Positions 45,498 to 55,238 of a stretch of 64,000 bases of DNA are shown in pieces. The translations under genes were made by a program, and so were the position numbers. Each line of letters starts with the position of its first letter. The stretch's first letter is position 1. This stretch comes from an uncultured Planctomycetales bacterium. Lineage in GTDB: Bacteria; Omnitrophota; Gorgyraeia; Zapsychrales; JANLHA01. The notes beneath the pieces were generated by a model, which did no database searches, was not told where the DNA came from, and was given only the letters and a program-made list of their open reading frames with translations. The stretch is from contig CAZQQI010000006.1 of the NCBI GenBank assembly GCA_964595465.1, forward strand, positions 655 to 64,654, written 5' to 3'.

Positions 45498-47159
45498 ATG
45501 CTTCAGCAGTTATCTATTGAAAATTTCGGCTTGATCGATAAACTTTCTCTGGAATTTGACCGTGGTTTAAATGTGTTAACCGGATCCACAGGCGCGGGAA
45601 AATCCATTATCATTGACGGAATACGTTTTGCATTGGGGGAACGTCTGAAGACCGCCCAGATCCGTGAGAACGATCGGCCTTGCCGGGTTGAACTGGTCTT
45701 TGAATTGCCTCCTTCCCTTCTGCAGACAGAGGTCCTCAAGGAATATACTGATCCGCAAGATGGCCTGCTGATCATCCAGAGACAGGCGACGGCTGACGGG
45801 CGAAGCCGGATCAAGGTTAACGGACAGTCCGTGACGGTAACTCAGCTGAAGGCCATCGGATCTGTTCTGGTGGATATTCATGGCCCTCATGATCATCAGC
45901 AGCTTCTGCGCGAGGAATCTCATCGGGGTATTCTGGATGCCCTGACTGATTTCGGTCCCCATCGTGAGCAATATAGAGAGTTATATCGAAGGTACGCCTC
46001 TCTTCTGGCCCGGCAAAAAGAATTGACTGAAATGGCTCATTCCCGGGACCGTGAAATGGATATGCTCCGTCATCAGCTCAATGAACTTGAAGCAGTATCT
46101 CTGGAGGATAGTGATTACGAAGACATGCAGGGGCGTATGAACCGTTTGCGTTTCAGTGAACGTTTAGCTGAATCCGGCGGCGCTCTGCTGGCCATTTGTG
46201 AAGATGAGCAGGCAGGCCTGAGTGAACAATTGCGCCGTGCCTGTGGATATGCTTCCACACTGAACCAATTGGATGAACAGACGTCCTCTATGACGTCGTC
46301 TCTGGAACAGATGCAGGAGGTATGTGAGGAGTTCAGTTCCCGCCTGCGGGATTATACGACTGATCTGGCTTTTGAACCCGGTGAAGCAGTTCAGCTGAAT
46401 GAATTGTACGATCAGTATGAAGATATCAAACGTAAATACGGACCCGCGTTGGCGGACGCTCGCGGATTTTATGCTGATGCCAAGAAACGCTATGAGGACT
46501 TAGTCGATCTGGAACATAATGATACGGAGCTAAAGCGGCAGTTGGCGGATCTGCGCGGGGAGATGGAGTCCGTTGCCGTCCGGCTAAGTGAAAACCGGAA
46601 GAAAACAGCCCGCGATCTGAAAAAGACCATTGAACGGGAATTAAAGGATCTGGGCTTCGATCACGTGATCTTTTCAGCAGACGTGGCCCCGGAGGATTTC
46701 GGACCCGAAGGGGCGGATCAGGTCCGTTTTTTTATCAGTCCCAATGCCGGAGAAGAACTCAAACCATTGGCGGATATTGTTTCGTCAGGTGAAGCGGCCC
46801 GTCTCATGCTGGCTTTGAAAAAGGCCCTGACCCGGGTCGATCCCATTCCGGTGCTGGTGTTTGATGAGATCGACGCCCAGATCGGCGGCCGGTTGGGAAC
46901 GATCACGGGACAGAAACTGCGCGATATTTCAGCAGACCGGCAGATCCTGCTGATTACTCATCTTCCCCAGATCGCGGGATTCGGTAACCGCCATTTCCGC
47001 GTGACCAAAACCGTTGACCGCAAGCGGACCACGACCCTGGCGGAATGTCTGCAGGGCGATGTCCGCATTGAAGAACTTGCTCATATGATGCAGGGCCAGC
47101 AGACCAGTGATGTCGCTCTGGAGCATGCCCGCCAGATGCTCTCCGCGGGACAGGGGTAG
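45498..47159 (+). CDS. recN: DNA repair protein RecN
   Basis: The N-terminal Walker A is LNVLTGSTGAGKSII. The SMC-like coiled-coil middle and C-terminal signature/Walker B (…LVFDEIDAQIGG…) are present. Length is 553 aa. Confidence 0.9.
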   Translation: MLQQLSIENFGLIDKLSLEFDRGLNVLTGSTGAGKSIIIDGIRFALGERLKTAQIRENDRPCRVELVFELPPSLLQTEVLKEYTDPQDGLLIIQRQATADGRSRIKVNGQSVTVTQLKAIGSVLVDIHGPHDHQQLLREESHRGILDALTDFGPHREQYRELYRRYASLLARQKELTEMAHSRDREMDMLRHQLNELEAVSLEDSDYEDMQGRMNRLRFSERLAESGGALLAICEDEQAGLSEQLRRACGYASTLNQLDEQTSSMTSSLEQMQEVCEEFSSRLRDYTTDLAFEPGEAVQLNELYDQYEDIKRKYGPALADARGFYADAKKRYEDLVDLEHNDTELKRQLADLRGEMESVAVRLSENRKKTARDLKKTIERELKDLGFDHVIFSADVAPEDFGPEGADQVRFFISPNAGEELKPLADIVSSGEAARLMLALKKALTRVDPIPVLVFDEIDAQIGGRLGTITGQKLRDISADRQILLITHLPQIAGFGNRHFRVTKTVDRKRTTTLAECLQGDVRIEELAHMMQGQQTSDVALEHARQMLSAGQG

Positions 47160-47195
47160 CTGGCCGGCCTCATGTCGCCAGGTCATCCGGAAAAA

Positions 47196-47280
47196 GTGAA
47201 GAGGGAAACGTGAAATGCGTAAAATCCCTTTCTAACAAACTCGATCATCCGTTTCCCGCTTCACATATCCCGTTTCCCTG
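47196..47280. repeat. Imperfect inverted repeat GTGAAGAGGGAAACG … CGTTTCCCGCTTCAC plus extra CCGTTTCCC copy; a related CGTTTCC x4 tandem lies at 42611-42637
   Basis: Direct reading of the recN-pfk intergenic region. The CGTTTCC(C) motif recurs at 42611-42637 (cgtttcacgtttcccgtttcccgtttt). Confidence 0.5.
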
Positions 47281-47285
47281 ATTTA

Positions 47286-47366
47286 ACTCAACAAACCCAA
47301 CAAACTCAATAAACCCAACAAACTCAACAAACCCAATAAACCCAACAAACTCAACAAACTCAATAA
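47286..47366. repeat. Tandem repeat, 9-bp unit ACYCAAYAA x9 (non-coding)
   Basis: The units read actcaacaa acccaacaa actcaataa acccaacaa actcaacaa acccaataa acccaacaa actcaacaa actcaataa. The array sits between recN and the pfk promoter. Confidence 0.8.
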
Positions 47367-47422
47367 ACTTCCCCCTTTTCCCTTCTCCATTCACCTTCAC
47401 CCTTCAGGAGTCATTTCCCCCT

Positions 47423-47451
47423 TGCCAATAACGGAATTTTGTGGTTTAATC
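47423..47451 (+). promoter_or_regulatory. Sigma-70-like promoter with extended -10 (TTGCCA-N17-TGgTTTAAT)
   Basis: -35 TTGCCA at 47423-47428, a 17-nt spacer, TG at 47443-47444, -10 TTTAAT at 47446-47451. It lies upstream of the pfk start at 47516, whose RBS is AAGGAG. Confidence 0.4.
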
Positions 47452-47515
47452 GGTGAGATTTCAACCCATAGAAATTTCATATCATCAACATGATCAACCT
47501 TAAAGGAGTTTCAGT

Positions 47516-48721
47516 ATGAAAAAGATCGGGATCATTACCAGCGGCGGTGATTGCGGAGGCTTGAACGCGGTCATTAAAGGAGCCGCGCAGATGGCCAATG
47601 ATAAAGGTGTGGAATGTTATATTATTCCTAACGGATACGCGGGATTATATAACCTCGAGCAGTTTGAAGAGCTTGTTAAATTAACTCCGGACCGTCTGGA
47701 TCAGATCAATAATAATCTCGCGGGTTCTGAAGCCGGTCATTCCCGGGTCAAGATCAAAAAGATCCAGGACGAGCAGAAATATGACCGGATCAAACGAGGA
47801 TTAAAGAAGTTCGGCATTGAGGGTCTGGTGATCTCCGGCGGTGATGATACCGGCAGTGTTATTGTGGATCTGAATGAGAACGGCATCCCCTGTGTGCACG
47901 CTCCCAAGACCATGGACCTGGACCTGCAGACCTATTCCGTCGGGGCGGATTCCACCATCAGCCGCATCGCTGAGTTCGCTGAGGACCTTAAGACGACCGG
48001 ACGCACCCATAACCGTATTATTGTTGTAGAAGTGTTCGGCCGCTATGCCGGTCACACAGCCTTTCGCGGCGGTGTCGCGGCTGACGCTGACGCGGTGCTG
48101 ATCCCGGAGGTTCCGGTGGATTTTGATGCCTTATATGAGGATGTTAAAAAGACATTCTGCAACCGGGTGACTATGACCGATGTCAACGCCGGGACGTATC
48201 TGATCATTGTGGCTGAAGGTCTGCGCAACGCCGACGGTTCTGAGATCGTGGATGAATCCGCGGGGCTGGACGCGTTCGGGCATAAAAAGCTGGCCGGCGC
48301 GGGAAAATATGTCTGTCAGCAGTTGACCAAACGGTTCAAGACCGATGACAGCATTAAAGAATTCATGAAAAAAGAAAAGATGTTCGTGGAGAATATCTAC
48401 GAAGTGCCGGAAGTCCGTGCTGTGACCCCGGGTCATCTGGTGCGCTGCGGACATGCCTCGGCCTATGACGTGAATTTCGGCAAAGAAGCCGGAGCCGCGG
48501 CGATTCAGCTTCTGCTGGAAGGGATCGCCGGTGTGACCGTCGTTAAGGTGGAAGGCGATGAGATCCGCTACATGGAGACCGCCAAGGCCATCGAACAGCG
48601 CCATGTGGATCTTAAGCTTGTCGCCCTGCATGAACGGCTGGGCCTATCATTCGGCCGCAATCCTGAGGCCTTTAAAGCGAAATTTCAAAAGGTTGAAGGT
48701 CCGATTGAGCGGCACTTGTAA
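47516..48721 (+). CDS. 6-phosphofructokinase, probably pyrophosphate-dependent (PFK family)
   Basis: The N-terminus is GIITSGGDCGGLNAVI. ISGGDDTG is the GGDD variant associated with PPi-dependence (GGDG in ATP-PFKs). PKTMDLD has Lys where ATP-PFKs have Gly. Confidence 0.7.
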   Translation: MKKIGIITSGGDCGGLNAVIKGAAQMANDKGVECYIIPNGYAGLYNLEQFEELVKLTPDRLDQINNNLAGSEAGHSRVKIKKIQDEQKYDRIKRGLKKFGIEGLVISGGDDTGSVIVDLNENGIPCVHAPKTMDLDLQTYSVGADSTISRIAEFAEDLKTTGRTHNRIIVVEVFGRYAGHTAFRGGVAADADAVLIPEVPVDFDALYEDVKKTFCNRVTMTDVNAGTYLIIVAEGLRNADGSEIVDESAGLDAFGHKKLAGAGKYVCQQLTKRFKTDDSIKEFMKKEKMFVENIYEVPEVRAVTPGHLVRCGHASAYDVNFGKEAGAAAIQLLLEGIAGVTVVKVEGDEIRYMETAKAIEQRHVDLKLVALHERLGLSFGRNPEAFKAKFQKVEGPIERHL

Positions 48722-48772
48722 TCATGTTAAACTAAGGGCGGTGGAGATGGTCTCTGCCGCCCTTTTTTTATT

Positions 48773-50215
48773 TTGAGCCGGGACAAAAACATGTCCGTGA
48801 AAAAGATCTTTCCCACCCTGCTTACTGTTTTTATTCTTTTATGTTTATGCGGCTGGTATGGCTGCCGCAGTTATCAGGCCTATGACCGCATGAGTGATGT
48901 GAAGATGACCGTTGACGAGGCAGTTTATATTTGGATCGGTATGCAGCTGATCGAGAATCCGTATGATTATTCGGCTACCGGCTACGCGTTATTTAATGAA
49001 AAGACACGGGAAAGGGATCTGCCGTCTTATTTTTACCGGCCCCTTTTTAAGCACCCTCCTCTGTTTTCCTATTCGCAGGCGTTGTCTTTAAACTTTATCC
49101 CGCATGAATCATTGCGTTTTATTTTCCCGAGTCTTTTAGCAGGAATCCTCATGATCCCTTTGGCCTTCGGTATTGGTTTACTTTTAAACGGACGGTTAAC
49201 AGGATTACTCGCGGCCCTGATCACAGCCATGGATCCGGTGCGCATTATGTGTTCCCAAAAGATCTGGATGGATACCATGCTGGGGTTTTTTATGGTTTTG
49301 GGGATTTATTTATTTTTATTGGCGATGCACAAAAAAAAGGATGGCTATTTTACCTGCAGCGGCCTGGTCTTGGGGCTGGCCGGCCTGGTGAAATATCCCG
49401 GGTTATTGGCCTGGTTTGCGGTTCTGGTGTATGTTGCGCTGTACCGCCGGGAAGTCTTGCGGAAAAGCCGTTTTCTTTTCGCTGCCGTCCTTCCTGTTTT
49501 GATGCAGCTCCCCTGGATCGGATGGAACATCCGCGTTTACGGTTGGGGGTTTCTTACGGATCCCTTTGCTCAGCATGGAGGGTTCCGAATGCCGATCGTC
49601 GTTATTCTGATTGGTATGGCTGTTTTAATGTTTTTATTCGTTTTTTTTACTAGGTTTGGGAAGAAGCCGGCATCATATCGGCCCGACAGGCAAAGTCGCA
49701 ACGAAAGCGTTTTTTTATGGATATTACGCCTGGGCGTACTGCTGGCACTGGGGGTTTTCCTGATCAAGGACTATGGTCTGCAACGTTTTGCTTTTTTCAA
49801 TATGCCTCATGTCACCTGGGCCCAGGGATATTTTTCTGGTGCGCCGAGGATATTCTATATCGGGCGCATGATCCAGTTTAATTATGTGTATCTGCTCGGT
49901 TTTATTGCGCTTATAGTCCCGTTCCCTAAGGGAAAAGGATCGGGTTTATTGAAGACCTATATGGTAATTGTATTGCTGTTTTTTATTTTATGGGGAAATT
50001 ATCAATCCCGTTATATCCTCGCCCTGATCCCGGTTCTGGCTGTCTTCAGCAGCAGCATAATTGTGCGTTCGCTTAAGATCTTCGCGGAATTTGAACCTCC
50101 GTCCCTCCGTCTCACCCTTCAATCCGTGCTTCTGATCATGCTGGTTCTGGCGTTGTCACGCACAGCCATGATCAACCATCTGGTCAGCTTTACCAATGAT
50201 ATGTGTTATTTCTGA
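48773..50215 (+). CDS. GT-C membrane glycosyltransferase, ArnT/PMT-like (GT39/GT83-type)
   Basis: It has about 12 predicted transmembrane helices. The first periplasmic loop carries DEAVY…G and HPPL, a characteristic of ArnT/PMT_2-type polyprenyl-phosphate-sugar-dependent transferases. Confidence 0.55.
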   Translation: MSRDKNMSVKKIFPTLLTVFILLCLCGWYGCRSYQAYDRMSDVKMTVDEAVYIWIGMQLIENPYDYSATGYALFNEKTRERDLPSYFYRPLFKHPPLFSYSQALSLNFIPHESLRFIFPSLLAGILMIPLAFGIGLLLNGRLTGLLAALITAMDPVRIMCSQKIWMDTMLGFFMVLGIYLFLLAMHKKKDGYFTCSGLVLGLAGLVKYPGLLAWFAVLVYVALYRREVLRKSRFLFAAVLPVLMQLPWIGWNIRVYGWGFLTDPFAQHGGFRMPIVVILIGMAVLMFLFVFFTRFGKKPASYRPDRQSRNESVFLWILRLGVLLALGVFLIKDYGLQRFAFFNMPHVTWAQGYFSGAPRIFYIGRMIQFNYVYLLGFIALIVPFPKGKGSGLLKTYMVIVLLFFILWGNYQSRYILALIPVLAVFSSSIIVRSLKIFAEFEPPSLRLTLQSVLLIMLVLALSRTAMINHLVSFTNDMCYF

Positions 50216-50227
50216 AAGACGTGATCT

Positions 50228-52069
50228 TTACGGCAGGACCCGGAAAATGAAACTTTCCCGGTTGCTTAAAATCCGTTCAAAGCCGGGATGACGATCCATG
50301 TTCTCCAGCTTTTCATTCACCGGCTCAGGACCAAAGCGCTGAGCATCCCTGCGGGTGACAAGAATGTATGAGAATCCCTGGCGAATAAGGTTATGATGCA
50401 GGTGTTCAAGATCGTCATGGAAGGCATGCGCGAAGGCCAGACGATAATCTTGGCTCCAGACGTCAGCCCGCATATCCATGCCGATGACCAGCTGATTATC
50501 TGTGAACATAAAGACTTTGGTGTTAGCCGGCAGATATTCTCTCAACCAGAGGTAGCCGTCCATTTCCCTGTCCGAGTTCCAGTAAACTCCATACGTCCAT
50601 TGTGAGTGGTTGAACTGGTATTTGTATTTCCCGGATTGAAACGTCACGATCAGGATAAACATAAGGGTGATGGCCGGAGCAATAAGCGGATGGCGCAGTT
50701 TTTTCAGCAGGATAAAGATCCCTTCTGCGGCCAGAAATGATGCCGGGATAGCGAACAGCATCCAGAACCGGAAGGCGAACAGGCCGATCGGCAGGTTGAA
50801 GGTCTTGCTGTTCATGCCCAGAAATGTGAAGACTAGCCAAAATATGATCGTTGAAAAATAATAACGCTGATGAGGTTGAGAGGTTCGAAAAATACGGATG
50901 CAGGTATAGATCAGTCCGAGAAGTGCAAGAAAGCTGAAAAAGAAACCCAGACCTTTTGGATTATTGATCCAATTGTATTTGGGAAAAGTGATGTAATCGG
51001 CCAGAGTATAGGCTTCTGTGGCGGTGCCGCCGGATGCAGCAAAAATATTTTTAGCAACAGTCCCGGTTGGTGCGGCGGCGGCATAAACCGTGTCTTTACG
51101 TGTAATCACCTCGGATTTTCCAGCCAGCATGTCCATTGCGACAGATCCCCACCAGAGAGCGGCGATCAGGATACCTCCTAAAATGGCGGCTATGACGTTT
51201 TTCCAGGCCCCCCTTCCTCTGTAGGAGATCGCGTAAGCAGCCAGCATTAAAAGGGCCATAATTGCGAATTTGATCGCCTGTGTCGGCTGGACCAAAGGAA
51301 TGGCGGCACAGCAAATTGCGGCGGGAACGATTTGTTTTTTGTCGGTCAGACATTTCATCAGGAAATAAAATGCCGGGAAAAATAAAGTGACTGCTAAAGC
51401 ATGCGCCCAGATAAAATGCGATAGATAGCACGGGGCAAGTAAGAGAAAGAATGTGGACAGCAGAGCCTTGTCCTGGTCCCGCGACAGTTCCCGGGCCATG
51501 ATATAGAAAAAAAGAAATCCCAGCGAGATGATCAGGCCGTTAAAGAATTTTAAAACCCAATGCAGAGACGGATGGATCTGATGCAGAAGCCCCATGATGA
51601 TCGCGTATCCCGGCGGATAAGGATTCAGGTAATGGAATGTGCCTGATGGAGGGCTGATATTTTTTTCCAGCGCGACATATTTACTGCTGACCGCATGCGA
51701 CCAGGGGTCATCATCTTCCAGCCAGGGGTACTGAAACGCGCCGTGGATGTAGATTAGTGCTGCCAGGGCAAAGATCAAGGCCAGGATGATGACCGTTTGC
51801 CATTTGCCGCGGTCCGGCCGGAATACGACGGGTGAACTGAACCTTCCCCCCCCTTTCAGGCGGCGCAACGGCAGAACGATTCCCAATAGGGCCGTTCCCA
51901 GGAAGATCCGCCAATCAATGGGGATGTGCAGAACGTGCAGGATGACGCCGAGGATCGGGATGGCTGCCAGGCCCAGGGCGAGCTTGTACAGGAGAGAACC
52001 CTTTTGAAGAGGCAAGGAGCCTAATCCGTAGAGCATGAAGGAAAAAATGATGACTATCAGTATGAACAT
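50228..52069 (-). CDS. Large polytopic membrane protein, GT-C-like candidate (613 aa)
   Basis: It has about 14 predicted transmembrane helices and an EDDDPWSH loop motif. It is the distal gene of the long minus-strand EPS operon. Confidence 0.4.
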   Translation of the reverse strand: MFILIVIIFSFMLYGLGSLPLQKGSLLYKLALGLAAIPILGVILHVLHIPIDWRIFLGTALLGIVLPLRRLKGGGRFSSPVVFRPDRGKWQTVIILALIFALAALIYIHGAFQYPWLEDDDPWSHAVSSKYVALEKNISPPSGTFHYLNPYPPGYAIIMGLLHQIHPSLHWVLKFFNGLIISLGFLFFYIMARELSRDQDKALLSTFFLLLAPCYLSHFIWAHALAVTLFFPAFYFLMKCLTDKKQIVPAAICCAAIPLVQPTQAIKFAIMALLMLAAYAISYRGRGAWKNVIAAILGGILIAALWWGSVAMDMLAGKSEVITRKDTVYAAAAPTGTVAKNIFAASGGTATEAYTLADYITFPKYNWINNPKGLGFFFSFLALLGLIYTCIRIFRTSQPHQRYYFSTIIFWLVFTFLGMNSKTFNLPIGLFAFRFWMLFAIPASFLAAEGIFILLKKLRHPLIAPAITLMFILIVTFQSGKYKYQFNHSQWTYGVYWNSDREMDGYLWLREYLPANTKVFMFTDNQLVIGMDMRADVWSQDYRLAFAHAFHDDLEHLHHNLIRQGFSYILVTRRDAQRFGPEPVNEKLENMDRHPGFERILSNRESFIFRVLP

Positions 52070-52073
52070 AAAT

Positions 52074-53225
52074 TTAGCGGCGTTTTTTCAGTCGGATGAG
52101 ATTTTTCAGGGTTTTAAAGAGTGACGGCGCATGGCAAAGGATATTAGAATACGCCTGGTTGGCCAGCGGGCAGGCGCATTCTTTGGCGCGGATGGAGCGC
52201 CGTACCTCCCTCGCCTGTTGTGAATGCCAGATTTTCTGGAAGTCATAATCCGTATCTCTAAGCCGGCCCAGTGGTTTGTTATATCCCAGGACACAGCAGG
52301 GCCAGACCTCGCCGTCATAATTGATGTGGACATTGGAAATGCCGCCATAGCAGGGAATGACCTGACGGTTTTCTTTTATAATTCTGGCGGCCAGGTCATA
52401 ATAGGTTAACCGCAGGGCCTCGGTGGTCTTGGCCAGGTCTTTTTTATGTTTTATGTTTTTCAATATTTTCTGTTTGAATTGAGTTATCAGGCGCTCGTAT
52501 TCTTCCCCGGACGGCGCGATCAGGTGCCCGATATTATGAAATTCCGTGCGCTGCTCAGCGATCTCGTTGCGGTAGCTTTCGACACCCTGCTGATGGACAT
52601 AATCCTCGATCTCAGCCAGTTTATGCAGATTGAATTTAGAAACCACGGTGCCGAGTTCTAGATGGAAATTGGAATATTCCCGGGCAATCTGTTTGAGGAG
52701 CTTAATGGTCTGTTCGAGCTTGGCAAAGTTTCCCGGAACACCGCGGATCTCGTCGTGCAGGGTGCCGACAGCATCGATAGACGGTTTAATAGAAAATTGG
52801 ATATCATGACCGTGCTTTTTGATGATCTCCAGGCTCTGACGCGCATAATCCGCGATCCGTTCGGGCAGTAGAGCATTGGTCGGAGTATGGATGATCTTGG
52901 GGGTTAAGTGGCGGCAGGCCAGCTCGATGATCTGAGGGAGATCTTTTCGTAAAAACGGTTCCCCGCCGCTGATGTTGAAGAAATAGACATGCCCCAGGGA
53001 TGTGAAGATTTTTTCGATCTCTTCGAGGGTGAGATCGTTCTCCCGGCATGCCGGATTGTCCCGGTAATGCCGGCCGATCTGACAGGTCTTGCAAAGCGAA
53101 TTACACGCGGCGGTCACGGAATAGGTTAACGTGATCGGGGTCGAAGATCTGCACAGTCCCAGACGGGCCAGCTGATAGTTGATGGTTTTGGGGAATATAT
53201 AAAAAATAAAATCAGAGAGCTTCAT
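52074..53225 (-). CDS. Radical SAM protein with C-terminal SPASM/twitch-like Cys cluster
   Basis: CNSLCKTC (CxxxCxxC) is present at residues about 41-48. C-terminal cysteine pairs are CYGG…WPCCVLG…CACPLANQAYSNILC. It overlaps the pyruvyl transferase gene by ATGA. Confidence 0.75.
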   Translation of the reverse strand: MKLSDFIFYIFPKTINYQLARLGLCRSSTPITLTYSVTAACNSLCKTCQIGRHYRDNPACRENDLTLEEIEKIFTSLGHVYFFNISGGEPFLRKDLPQIIELACRHLTPKIIHTPTNALLPERIADYARQSLEIIKKHGHDIQFSIKPSIDAVGTLHDEIRGVPGNFAKLEQTIKLLKQIAREYSNFHLELGTVVSKFNLHKLAEIEDYVHQQGVESYRNEIAEQRTEFHNIGHLIAPSGEEYERLITQFKQKILKNIKHKKDLAKTTEALRLTYYDLAARIIKENRQVIPCYGGISNVHINYDGEVWPCCVLGYNKPLGRLRDTDYDFQKIWHSQQAREVRRSIRAKECACPLANQAYSNILCHAPSLFKTLKNLIRLKKRR

Positions 53226-54454
53226 GAGGTATCCCTAGTTAGATCAAAAATCGTTGAGGCATTCAATCGCGCCGCGGCTTTTTGGTTGGAAATTTTTTCT
53301 TTTAAGTTAGATTGAACGGAAGTATTCTTAAAGTAATCCAAGGCTGTTGTTATTTTCTGATAGGCCGCTGCGGCTGAAAAGTTTTCGATGTCGAGAATAA
53401 AATTTTTCAGGCCCAGTTCATTCATAAAATCATATGTTTTTTTGCCATATGCTATTCCGATCATCGGTTTGAAGGTTTCAGCAAAAAAAATCAGGGAGTG
53501 GAACCTCATCCCGATTAAAAGATCGGCACATTTAATGATGCCTTTAATTTCCTGAGGTGGAAATTCCTGGTTTACTGGGAAGCATTCTTGTTTATTATTT
53601 ACGATTTTCATAATATCATCTGCGGAGATCCGATCATCGTTTGGTGGTTTGCAGGACATCGGCACGAAAAAAACAAAGGCATTATGGGTTTCAATTATGT
53701 TATCAACGAGTCTGGCACATTCAGAAATAAAGGTATTGTATTTATTTTCTCCACCAGGAATCCAGGTTTTTGAATTTAAATCTTGCAGATGCTTTACATA
53801 CCACCGCCGGATGGTAAAAACGACTTTTAACCGGGAAGGCTCTACTAGCTGGTTGTCTCCATTAAAGGGAGTTTTTGTTTTGGATGTCGTTAAGGTTATG
53901 GCAGGGTCAGCAGTTACTTTTAACAGCTGATCTTTAACGCCGATGTCGCGCAGTATTTTTTTGGAATAATGTCCCCGCAATCCGATGAAATTCATACGGT
54001 TTAGAGTGAAGCGTGTTAAAATTTTTCCATTTCTTGTTGTGATGGGGCCTGCCCCTATTCCATACAGTGCTGTTTTTTTGAATAGCATTTGAGCAAATAA
54101 AATTTTAAAGAGCCAGAATGGGATAAAAAAAGGATGTGTTTGGTCTTGAAGGATCGTCCCCCCTCCTGTAATAAAAATTGAACAACAGATAAAGGCTTTG
54201 ATAGTTTGAAATATCCACGTGATTTTACGAAAACCTTTTTCGTTAGGTTCCAAAAGACCAAAGCGTCCGGAATAAATAAATTTTTCATCAGGATAATGGT
54301 GTTGTGAAAATTGGGGGTTATCAGAAAATATCGTAAAGTCCCCTTTTGGAAAATGTTTACGAAGTTGCTTTAATAAACATATCATTAGTGCTTCATCACC
54401 TGCGTTGCCGTTGCCATATCCTCCGGAGATTAAAATGTTGTTTTTCTTTCTCAT
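53222..54454 (-). CDS. Polysaccharide pyruvyl transferase (CsaB/WcaK family)
   Basis: The family-typical N-terminus is ILISGGYGNGNAGDEALM. Length is 410 aa. Confidence 0.75.
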   Translation of the reverse strand: MRKKNNILISGGYGNGNAGDEALMICLLKQLRKHFPKGDFTIFSDNPQFSQHHYPDEKFIYSGRFGLLEPNEKGFRKITWIFQTIKAFICCSIFITGGGTILQDQTHPFFIPFWLFKILFAQMLFKKTALYGIGAGPITTRNGKILTRFTLNRMNFIGLRGHYSKKILRDIGVKDQLLKVTADPAITLTTSKTKTPFNGDNQLVEPSRLKVVFTIRRWYVKHLQDLNSKTWIPGGENKYNTFISECARLVDNIIETHNAFVFFVPMSCKPPNDDRISADDIMKIVNNKQECFPVNQEFPPQEIKGIIKCADLLIGMRFHSLIFFAETFKPMIGIAYGKKTYDFMNELGLKNFILDIENFSAAAAYQKITTALDYFKNTSVQSNLKEKISNQKAAARLNASTIFDLTRDTS

Positions 54455-55237
54455 TTAAATTTTTTCTCCAATGATGTAAAAAATGTGTGCGTATAAAAAT
54501 TTAATGATTAATGGTAGAGGTAGTTTTTCAATAAGATAAACCCAAAGAAACCATCGCGGAAATCGCCCGGATTTGACGTAGTCGATATACGGAATTTCCC
54601 ATTCAAATTGTGAAAAATTAACAGGGTTGCGATGAAGCCGAATATCACGAAACCCTACTGAATCCGGCCATACAGGACAATCAACAACGCCGATCTTCAG
54701 ATTTTTTAAACCATAAGATGCCATGAATTCTTTAAGAAATTTAGGGCTGTTAAAGTTTATATCGCCATGGGTCCATTGAATTTTTGTGCGCCAATGTGCA
54801 AATTTATGCAATGGAAAGCCGATATTCCGCTTGTTAACAGAAAATACAGCAACATATTTCTTTGAAATACGCATCATTTCTTTTATTAGGGCTTCTTTGT
54901 CGGGATATGTGGGAATGAATGCGAAATTCCAAACGAAATCAAAAGAGTTATCGTTGAATTCTGTATGATCAATGTTAGGGACATCAACAAAATGGATATT
55001 TTTTCTAATATTTAATGCTTCATAAAACTTTGCGGAGCGCTGATCGCCATTGACCAGAGTAACATGGAGCCCGGCATGCGCGAAATCAAAAGAGTATAGT
55101 GATGGCGCTGCTTTTGCTCCGTGCGCTGGGAGTTCACATACAGTGTTAATATTGTATTCTTTAACAAAATTTTTAAGTTTTTTCCCTAAAGAAAATCGTT
55201 CGTAATTAACGCCAAAAACTTCTGATTCTTTATGCAT
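54455..55237 (-). CDS. Hypothetical protein (possible divergent methyltransferase-like fold), EPS operon
   Basis: No confident motif was found. Its stop is immediately adjacent to the upstream gene, consistent with operon membership. Confidence 0.35.
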   Translation of the reverse strand: MHKESEVFGVNYERFSLGKKLKNFVKEYNINTVCELPAHGAKAAPSLYSFDFAHAGLHVTLVNGDQRSAKFYEALNIRKNIHFVDVPNIDHTEFNDNSFDFVWNFAFIPTYPDKEALIKEMMRISKKYVAVFSVNKRNIGFPLHKFAHWRTKIQWTHGDINFNSPKFLKEFMASYGLKNLKIGVVDCPVWPDSVGFRDIRLHRNPVNFSQFEWEIPYIDYVKSGRFPRWFLWVYLIEKLPLPLIIKFLYAHIFYIIGEKI

Positions 55238-55238
55238 T

